IMG/VR virus record: IMGVR_UViG_3300048861_000172
Length of the DNA: 64,000 nt
DNA from: an uncultured virus (IMG/VR IMGVR_UViG_3300048861_000172)
Lineage: Duplodnaviria > Heunggongvirae > Uroviricota > Caudoviricetes
Reading direction: 5' to 3' (one strand)
The notes beneath the pieces are model-generated. The model was not told the origin of the DNA. It did not search any database and saw nothing but the letters and a program-made list of their open reading frames with translations. A program made the translations under genes and the position numbers. Positions 57,852 to 64,000 of the stretch are shown here, one piece after another (within the stretch, counting starts at the first letter, position 1; every line of letters begins with the position of its first letter).

Positions 57852-57871
57852 GAGCGATGAGCTCCTACACG

Positions 57872-57919
57872 AGAAGAAAAAAATAAGGCAGCCTCACCGG
57901 TGAAGGTAAGACTGCCCTA
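57872..57919 (-). terminator. Intrinsic terminator
   Basis: GGCAG...CTGCC stem followed by TATTTTTTTCTT on the minus strand. Confidence 0.7.
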
Positions 57920-57925
57920 CGACTG

Positions 57926-58540
57926 TTACAGCATGCCGCCAAACTTGCTGGTCGGATCGTCCTGACCACGCTCACGAATCGAGCGCACGATGTCCCACAC
58001 ATTGACAATGGTGGCTTGCTCGTGCAACTCCAGTTCGCGATCGCCCTCATGAACGTCGTCGAGATAGGTGGTGTAATGCCAGCCCCCATCTTCGTCGTCC
58101 ATGACAAGTCCCTGCGTGACACGACGATAGTCGTAGTGTTGTGCCCGGACCAGCCCCGGGAACACATCCACATACGAGCCCGAATAGCCATCGCAGCGCC
58201 CTTGATGATACAACTCTCGGGTGCCCGGCTCCGCCATGATCCAGCGCTGCATCTGCAACTTCGCATTCTGAATCTCACCCAGGGTGGTGAGCGGGCGGAT
58301 CACATCTTGATCGAACACATGGGTGGCCGCGCGCACGATTGCTTTCGCCCGGCGGATTGCTTCATGACCCATGTGCCGCTCATACATCTCACGGGCGCGG
58401 TCGACAAACATCCGCCCCGATTCGGTCACCATCTGACTGGCGATCTGGATCTTCTCCTGCGCATACGCTAATGCGCCCGGATGCTGGACGCCGTATGCAA
58501 GCGCATCAAACTCATCCGTGATCGGTACGTACATCGTCAC
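57926..58540 (-). CDS. Conserved hypothetical protein (nucleus block)
   Basis: 204 aa; MQRWIMAEP, GYS, DYRRV, DPTS; GTGA overlap with the nvRNAP gene. Confidence 0.7.
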   Translation of the reverse strand: MTMYVPITDEFDALAYGVQHPGALAYAQEKIQIASQMVTESGRMFVDRAREMYERHMGHEAIRRAKAIVRAATHVFDQDVIRPLTTLGEIQNAKLQMQRWIMAEPGTRELYHQGRCDGYSGSYVDVFPGLVRAQHYDYRRVTQGLVMDDEDGGWHYTTYLDDVHEGDRELELHEQATIVNVWDIVRSIRERGQDDPTSKFGGML

Positions 58541-60105
58541 TCCTCAAGTTTCACTTCCTTGGGCACAGATCCCTTTTGCTGCGCCACACTCATCGCGGCG
58601 AGTTGTTCCATCAGACGAGTAATGCCTGGGTCGGGTTCGTCTGGGCTGTGCATCCAATTGGCGATTGTGGATACGGGCGGCTTGGGGATGCTCAAGCTCG
58701 CCGAGATGTCACGGGGTTTCGCATAGCTGAAGGTCGACTTGTGCGGGGCAAGGTGCACCAAGTCATCTGCCGTGCGATTGTCCAGACACAACATGACGTT
58801 GACCTGGTCGCCATCAAAGTCGGCGTTAAAGGACTTCAAGACCAAGACGGACAGCGAAATGGTCGGAATATCCGGGTCGCGCTTAATCACCGTAATCAGC
58901 AGACGCTGGAGCGAGCCGCGTTCCAAGGACGGATTGCGTCCGAGAATCACGGGAATGCCCGGCTTATGGCTGACTTCGGTGCGGTGCGGCGACTCTTGGA
59001 TCATGTCATCGAAGAGCTTCTCCAAGAGCGGATGGTACTGCTCCGCATACTTGTTGAGAAAGCGCAACGCTTGCATGGCTGTCAAGCCCAGATCCATCAG
59101 CTTCTTGGTCAGATGCACCCGGAACACGGACACGCCGATACCCCACGAGATGTGGATCTCTTCGTAGTCGTGTTGCTCACTGAGTGAGCTGATCACTGCC
59201 CGGAAGCTAAAGTCACTGCGCGAGCCAAACACGTGTTTGCGGAGAATCCCGTGCTTGCCTGCCATCAGGCTCGAATACCAGTCGCTATAGAACTCCGCCA
59301 ACTGACTGATCGCCTTCACGGTCCGGTTTTCCTTGACCCGTACCGCGAAGTTCATATCCGGCAGATCGATCGAGGTCATCGTGCGGATGGCATCGACCAC
59401 CCCCGTGACGGTTTGGTCGACATACGTTCCGACGTTACTCTTCTCGATCACGAGCAGACTGCGGTTTGGCAGCGGCAGATACTCACAGAAGAGCCGGTCC
59501 CGGTTGTGCTCGATCAGCTTGAGGAAATTCGGGATTTCCTTCTTTTTCTGTTTCTGCTTTTGCTTGTACTTCTGCTTGTACACCTTCAGCTCGAGCAGCT
59601 GATGGATGATCTTCTCATAGTTGTCGCAGAAGTAATTGTAACCCCGCTGGATACCCATGCCCTCCAGGAAGGGAATCACCGGCGGGATTTTCACCTGCGG
59701 CCGATAATTGATGTCACAGATCCAGCGGATCACGTCGAAGTTCGACAGACTGAAGATGTCGGTCAACATCGACCAGAAGACGGGATTGATCAGCTTCTTC
59801 ACGCCAATCGGGGCGCGCATCCACACGATCGGTTGCAGCTCCACGATCGAGCGGTGCTCGACGCGGGTGTTACAGTTCAGACACAGCGCTTTGAGGCGCC
59901 ACTCTCCCGTGAGCTTACCACAGACACACGAGGGCAGATTGCTCAGCAGATCATCCGCGGCGTAGCGCGTATAGATCTCTTTGTTAAATTCATCCTTCTC
60001 GATCTGGGTCGCGATCGAAATATCGTTAATGATCTTCACAGGCGTTTGATTGGCCTGGAAGAGGTTGTCAAAATTCACGAGACGAAGGGCTGCACCCACA
60101 CTCAC
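58537..60105 (-). CDS. Non-virion RNAP beta-prime N/catalytic subunit (phiKZ gp55-like), uninterrupted
   Basis: CVCG...CLNC zinc site, KHGILRKH, RNPSL, catalytic FNADFDGD. Confidence 0.92.
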   Translation of the reverse strand: MSVGAALRLVNFDNLFQANQTPVKIINDISIATQIEKDEFNKEIYTRYAADDLLSNLPSCVCGKLTGEWRLKALCLNCNTRVEHRSIVELQPIVWMRAPIGVKKLINPVFWSMLTDIFSLSNFDVIRWICDINYRPQVKIPPVIPFLEGMGIQRGYNYFCDNYEKIIHQLLELKVYKQKYKQKQKQKKKEIPNFLKLIEHNRDRLFCEYLPLPNRSLLVIEKSNVGTYVDQTVTGVVDAIRTMTSIDLPDMNFAVRVKENRTVKAISQLAEFYSDWYSSLMAGKHGILRKHVFGSRSDFSFRAVISSLSEQHDYEEIHISWGIGVSVFRVHLTKKLMDLGLTAMQALRFLNKYAEQYHPLLEKLFDDMIQESPHRTEVSHKPGIPVILGRNPSLERGSLQRLLITVIKRDPDIPTISLSVLVLKSFNADFDGDQVNVMLCLDNRTADDLVHLAPHKSTFSYAKPRDISASLSIPKPPVSTIANWMHSPDEPDPGITRLMEQLAAMSVAQQKGSVPKEVKLEE

Positions 60106-60131
60106 TCTCCTTTATTCGTCTAGTCAGGGTC

Positions 60132-60160
60132 CTACAGGATGGCAGAAGTCGATCTTTTTC
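60132..60160 (-). promoter_or_regulatory. Putative middle-type phage promoter
   Basis: GAAAAAGATCG-N13-TGTAG upstream of the nvRNAP gene. Confidence 0.5.
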
Positions 60161-60189
60161 TAGTGTAACTTGGGGTCCTCGGAGTTGAG

Positions 60190-60222
60190 AAAAAAAGAAG
60201 GGGGCGTGAGCCCCCCTCTTTT
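60190..60222 (-). terminator. Intrinsic terminator of chmA
   Basis: GGGGGC GTGA GCCCCC stem with A-run and T-run flanks. Confidence 0.85.
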
Positions 60223-60257
60223 GAAGTCCTACAAGGTACTACTGCGCAAACTGTAGC

Positions 60258-62213
60258 TTAGGACCAGCGACCCATCGGGCGGTAGCCTTGGTTGCCACGC
60301 TGGTTGCCGAAACCACGCTGGAACACCGGCGACTGCATCGTCGAGGCGAGCGTGGATGCTGCGAACTGATAACGCGGCAGGTCGTACGCCGCGGCGTCCG
60401 CGAACGGCGAGACTTCCGTGATACGCAGCTTGTTCATGTCGATGGCTTGCATCAGCGCATCGAGGAAGTCCGACATGAACGTGACAGGCGTCGCGTAGCC
60501 GGTGATCTCGACTTGCTCGAAGAAACCACGCATGATGCGCTCGCGCGCTGCCAGGCGTTGCTCGATCGGGTACTGCGTTTGCAGGAACGTCGCCGACCAG
60601 TCACGCGCACCGGTACGATCGTGGTTGAGTTCGAACAGGTTCGCCGCAGCGATGTAGTCGAAATCGCGCAGATCGCGCCACACGCCTTCGTGGTCCTTGT
60701 ACTGACCGAGCTGCTTGCGGTTGTCTTCGTTGGTCGCGACAATGCCGTTGCCCTTGTACACTTCGCCGAACGCACCGCCCGTCAGCACATCGGCTGCATG
60801 GCAGATTTCGCGGTTAGCGTCGATGTCACCCATCGCCGCACGGGCGAAGATGCCGTTGTACCAGGTTTCGTCGCCGCAATCCGGCACGTCCAGCGTCAGG
60901 ATGATGCCGGGGTGCGTGGCCATCGACAGCAGTTCCGCGAGGTTCTGCTCGGTGAAGGTTTCGCTCTTCGTTTCGATGTGCGCTTGCACCGGGTTAGCCG
61001 GATCGAGCGGCGGCAGCTCGAGACCGATCACGCCGATGTCCTTCAGATCGACTTGCGACGCTTGTTGCTGACCGCGGTTGCGGTACGGCTGACGGAACTG
61101 ACCGAACCAGGCACCCGGCTCGCGCATCGTGTTGGCCACAGCCAGGCCCATCAGCTGCATCGGCAGCGTCATGTTGCGGCCGACCTTCATTTGCGTGATG
61201 GTCAGACGCGCGTAGAACTGACGGAAACGCTCGAGCGCTTGCTGTGGGTTCATCGCCTGCTGGGCGGCTGCGTAGAACGCGTTCGGGTTGCTCTTCGGCT
61301 CATGCACCAGATCGACGTAGGAGGTGAGCGTCGCGATGTCTTGCGGCTTTTCCAGGTTCAACGACTGGTTCTGGCCGGGCTGCTGCTGACGCACCGGGCC
61401 GGTACGGAACTTCATCACCACGTCCGAGCGGATCGGATGACCCTTCGTGTCGGCGGTGGCCGGGTTGCCGAAGGTCGTGTTGACCGACAGGCTCGTGTCG
61501 CCACGGTTGCCCGAGATCGTGAACGGCTGATAGCCTTCCTGATGCTTGCCCAGTTCGGTCGCCGAAGCGATCACCGAGTTCGCGGCCAGGCGTTGCAGCA
61601 GTGCCTTGTCGTTCAGGTTGAAGTCACGCTCGACGCTGTTGGCATCGGCGTTGTACAGCGGCGTGCTCGGGAAAGCCTTGGCGACTTCCGACTCGATGGT
61701 CGACTGCATGATGTTGTCATACGCGTCGCCGACCGTGCGGGTCATCGAGAGCGGCTGACCTTGCGGGACCGGTACGGCCAGCGGCGGGATCGAGTCGCCG
61801 GTCGCTTCGAGCAGCAGTGCGTGATAGCCGACGCCCAGTTGCTTGGCTTGCTTGTACTGCACGGCCACCACCAGTACCGACACGGCGAGGTTGATGCCGG
61901 GCGCTTCGTTGTCGATCGGGATCAACGTCACGTCGAAGACCTGGTCCTTCTGCGCCGCGTAGATTTCATCGAACGCGTTGCGCATGCGGCTGAGCGTCTC
62001 AGCAGCCGGATTCGCAGCTGCCGGCATCGCCATGCCGCTGAAGAACGAGGAGGCGCCGAAGTTCGGCGACGGTTGTTGTTGTGTTTGTTGCTCGAAGCGC
62101 TGCGACGATTCTTGCTGCGCTCCACCCTGGGCACCTGCTTGCTGCTGGCGGGCGCGATCCATTGCTTCGCCCATCGAGCCACGGCCAGCGTTTTGGTTGG
62201 TCTTGAGTCCCAT
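60258..62213 (-). CDS. chmA: Chimallin, phage nuclear shell protein (phiKZ gp54-like)
   Basis: 651 aa; very strong codon bias; own promoters and terminator; immediately upstream of the gp55-like nvRNAP gene. Confidence 0.85.
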   Translation of the reverse strand: MGLKTNQNAGRGSMGEAMDRARQQQAGAQGGAQQESSQRFEQQTQQQPSPNFGASSFFSGMAMPAAANPAAETLSRMRNAFDEIYAAQKDQVFDVTLIPIDNEAPGINLAVSVLVVAVQYKQAKQLGVGYHALLLEATGDSIPPLAVPVPQGQPLSMTRTVGDAYDNIMQSTIESEVAKAFPSTPLYNADANSVERDFNLNDKALLQRLAANSVIASATELGKHQEGYQPFTISGNRGDTSLSVNTTFGNPATADTKGHPIRSDVVMKFRTGPVRQQQPGQNQSLNLEKPQDIATLTSYVDLVHEPKSNPNAFYAAAQQAMNPQQALERFRQFYARLTITQMKVGRNMTLPMQLMGLAVANTMREPGAWFGQFRQPYRNRGQQQASQVDLKDIGVIGLELPPLDPANPVQAHIETKSETFTEQNLAELLSMATHPGIILTLDVPDCGDETWYNGIFARAAMGDIDANREICHAADVLTGGAFGEVYKGNGIVATNEDNRKQLGQYKDHEGVWRDLRDFDYIAAANLFELNHDRTGARDWSATFLQTQYPIEQRLAARERIMRGFFEQVEITGYATPVTFMSDFLDALMQAIDMNKLRITEVSPFADAAAYDLPRYQFAASTLASTMQSPVFQRGFGNQRGNQGYRPMGRWS

Positions 62214-62280
62214 GATTTACCTTCTTTCCTTGAATAAAACTGCTGTTAATGTTTGCGCAAACACAGCGATACACTCACCA

Positions 62281-62315
62281 TGTCAAAATTGTGATATGTG
62301 TCCAAGAAATCTTTG
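62281..62315 (-). promoter_or_regulatory. Putative early promoter of chmA
   Basis: AAAGATTTCTTGGA CACATATCAC AATTT TGAC. Confidence 0.65.
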
Positions 62316-62436
62316 AATCGCATATTCGCGTTGATTGCGTCAGGTGTCAATTGACGCAGATGCTCCGCCCATAGTGCGCCCCAACCCCGGATGTTTCACC
62401 GAGGTTGGAGTCCAGTTCCAGATGTTTAGTCTAGTC

Positions 62437-62466
62437 CTATACAATAGGGTGGACGCGATAAATTTT
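62437..62466 (-). promoter_or_regulatory. Putative middle-type promoter upstream of chmA
   Basis: AAAATTTATCG-N14-TATAG. Confidence 0.45.
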
Positions 62467-62511
62467 GCAGATGAAATGCAATTCCCCGAGTTCGCAGCGG
62501 GTGGTTAAGTA

Positions 62512-62715
62512 CTACCAGTATTTACGCTTGCCCCGCACATCAAAGCGTGGGGCAGGCTGTGTTGTGCGCAGGGCTTTGGCTTCTTGGTACGCCGAGTAAG
62601 CCTCGTCCTGCGTTTCACCGTAGCCGGAATAAGTTCCGTCGGTACATTCCCAGTGCACACGGCGCTGAGGGTGTCGAACGAATTTAACCGTCTTAGGAAT
62701 CTTTCCTTTCTTCAA
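62512..62715 (-). CDS. Small basic hypothetical protein
   Basis: TTG 62715 with GGGAG upstream; 3' part of ORF 62512..62874. Confidence 0.4.
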   Translation of the reverse strand: MKKGKIPKTVKFVRHPQRRVHWECTDGTYSGYGETQDEAYSAYQEAKALRTTQPAPRFDVRGKRKYW

Positions 62716-62977
62716 GAGGGTCGTCTCCCGCGCCAGGCATCGCGCTACGGGACGGAAGGTTAAGTTTGCTGCGCACGTAGATAGACTCCGGCACGAGATA
62801 GTAGAACTTGCCACCAATTCGTACCGGGCTATTGTGTTCCGCACAGCTCCGAAGATAATCTTGCCCGAGTCCACGCCAGAACACCGCTAACATAAAGGTC
62901 AGAAGAAACACGACCAGCGCGACGAACAGTCTTGGGCTCTCATGGTATTGCCCAACGATGTAATTTAGTATTTGCAT
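62693..62977 (-). CDS. Small membrane-anchored hypothetical protein
   Basis: 94 aa; one TM segment; AGGA RBS. Confidence 0.6.
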   Translation of the reverse strand: MQILNYIVGQYHESPRLFVALVVFLLTFMLAVFWRGLGQDYLRSCAEHNSPVRIGGKFYYLVPESIYVRSKLNLPSRSAMPGAGDDPLEERKDS

Positions 62978-62982
62978 TCCTA

Positions 62983-63282
62983 CTACCCCAGATACTTGAT
63001 TTCCTGGACGATCAGCTCGGGTTTCCGGCGCTCGGTGTCTGCGTAATCTTCGGCCTCAAACATGTCAACGCGCAGGTGCTCCATTTCCGGACCTTTGGGT
63101 GCGGGGATGATAAGCTGTTGCCAGTGACGGAAGTACTCCCGGACCGACGATTGCCCGTGGTTCATCGGCATGATAAGCGGCCCCGAATGCTCCACGAGCC
63201 GGGCGTACTGATGACCCTGCCAGCGTGCATACCGCCGGACACGATTACGGATGATACGTTGCCTGACGGCTTTGCTGCGCAT
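62983..63282 (-). CDS. Small Arg-rich hypothetical protein
   Basis: ATG 63282 with AGGAG RBS. Confidence 0.6.
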   Translation of the reverse strand: MRSKAVRQRIIRNRVRRYARWQGHQYARLVEHSGPLIMPMNHGQSSVREYFRHWQQLIIPAPKGPEMEHLRVDMFEAEDYADTERRKPELIVQEIKYLG

Positions 63283-63290
63283 GACTACTC

Positions 63291-63569
63291 CTAAATAGAG
63301 AACCACGTTTGTTGGGGGATTTCCTTGGTGGTCTCCACTACCGTGTGGCGATAGCCATCAAAGCGCTTCCGAGGAATCATCAAGTCGAGTTTCTTGTTGG
63401 TCTTGATTTCAAAGGCCGTGCCAACCAGCCGGTCACCCGGCCAGTAGCCCAGCGGTTGTAACCACACCTTTTCTTCTTCTAACGGGACTGCGCCGCGCAG
63501 GATTTCTTTAATGCGCTTGAACTGCTCAACGGTTGGCATTGGCAGTCCCGTGTCAAACAGAATCGTCAC
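63291..63569 (-). CDS. Hypothetical protein
   Basis: GTG start with AGGA RBS; tight gene packing. Confidence 0.55.
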   Translation of the reverse strand: MTILFDTGLPMPTVEQFKRIKEILRGAVPLEEEKVWLQPLGYWPGDRLVGTAFEIKTNKKLDLMIPRKRFDGYRHTVVETTKEIPQQTWFSI

Positions 63570-63575
63570 AGCTTC

Positions 63576-63818
63576 CTATTCTCCGTGTTCCAAAATGTCA
63601 GGTAAGCCCGGCATCTGCGTCACCCGATCGGTACTTGAGCCATCGGTGCCACTGATCTGTACAAACGAGCGATCAGGAGACAGCGCCACATGTAAGTCAG
63701 CTGGCGTGCGCCCCGGCTTCTCATCGAGCCAGCGCTGAATCTCGTCGCGGATCGGACGGGTGATTTCCACTTCCCAGCCCACGACGCGACCATGTTGTTC
63801 CATCAGTTTGACGCTCAT
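63576..63818 (-). CDS. Hypothetical protein
   Basis: ATG 63818 in ATGA overlap with the upstream gene. Confidence 0.55.
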   Translation of the reverse strand: MSVKLMEQHGRVVGWEVEITRPIRDEIQRWLDEKPGRTPADLHVALSPDRSFVQISGTDGSSTDRVTQMPGLPDILEHGE

Positions 63819-64000
63819 GTGTTCCACCATTCCTTACGCGGGCCTTTGCCCGTGTTGCGTGCTCGATGACCATGACGGCGCTGAGCACGGGTTGAGGGGA
63901 CTTCGTCTTCCGGTAAATAATCGAAAGTCTCAGGGGTGCAGCGCCTGGGTTCCAGGACTTTCACGCCCGCCCAGTCTTCGACGTATTTGCGGACGTCTTC
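63815..64000 (-). CDS. Partial hypothetical protein (3' end)
   Basis: Open frame EDVRKYVEDW...RKEWWNT* ending in an ATGA overlap. Confidence 0.5.
   Translation of the reverse strand, partial: EDVRKYVEDWAGVKVLEPRRCTPETFDYLPEDEVPSTRAQRRHGHRARNTGKGPRKEWWNT

Noticed and set aside
60288..62237. 649-aa plus-strand ORF mirroring chmA
   Set aside because: Antisense shadow of a highly biased gene.
1..64000. tRNA, rRNA, CRISPR arrays, IS elements, inteins, alternative genetic code
   Set aside because: None recognised by eye; genes are intact under the standard code and use TAA, TGA and TAG as stops.

Overview
This window is a 64-kb segment of a GC-rich nucleus-forming jumbo phage (phiKZ-like, Chimalliviridae). 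Codon usage and a DUF3309-like gene suggest a betaproteobacterial (Burkholderia/Ralstonia-like) host, which is inference. Most genes are on the minus strand. From right to left it contains: small accessory genes; chimallin (chmA); the nvRNAP beta-prime N subunit (NADFDGD); an SbcD-like phosphoesterase; chmC; an HNH/zinc-finger ORF lacking a normal start; the sigma-like nvRNAP subunit; picA/imp1; a gp70-like gene; nvRNAP beta and beta-prime C subunits; an SF2 helicase; a DarG-like macrodomain; a gp77-like gene pair; a virion RNAP subunit; a very large disordered protein; a modular endolysin; the exonuclease half of the split family-B DNA polymerase; the gp84-gp101-like head/baseplate block; and a tandem array of tail-fibre/baseplate paralogs. 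phiKZ gp numbers are assigned from recalled synteny and motifs, not from a database search. The most notable signals read directly from the sequence are: (1) a canonical T TTT TTT -1 slippery site that would fuse the gp77-like gene to its downstream ORF, resembling tail-chaperone G/GT recoding; (2) an HNH ORF open in the -1 frame directly through the chmC stop codon (CCT TTT TAA TC) with no canonical start; (3) a hairpin+TATGCCGTC terminator-like class and two distinct phage promoter motifs.
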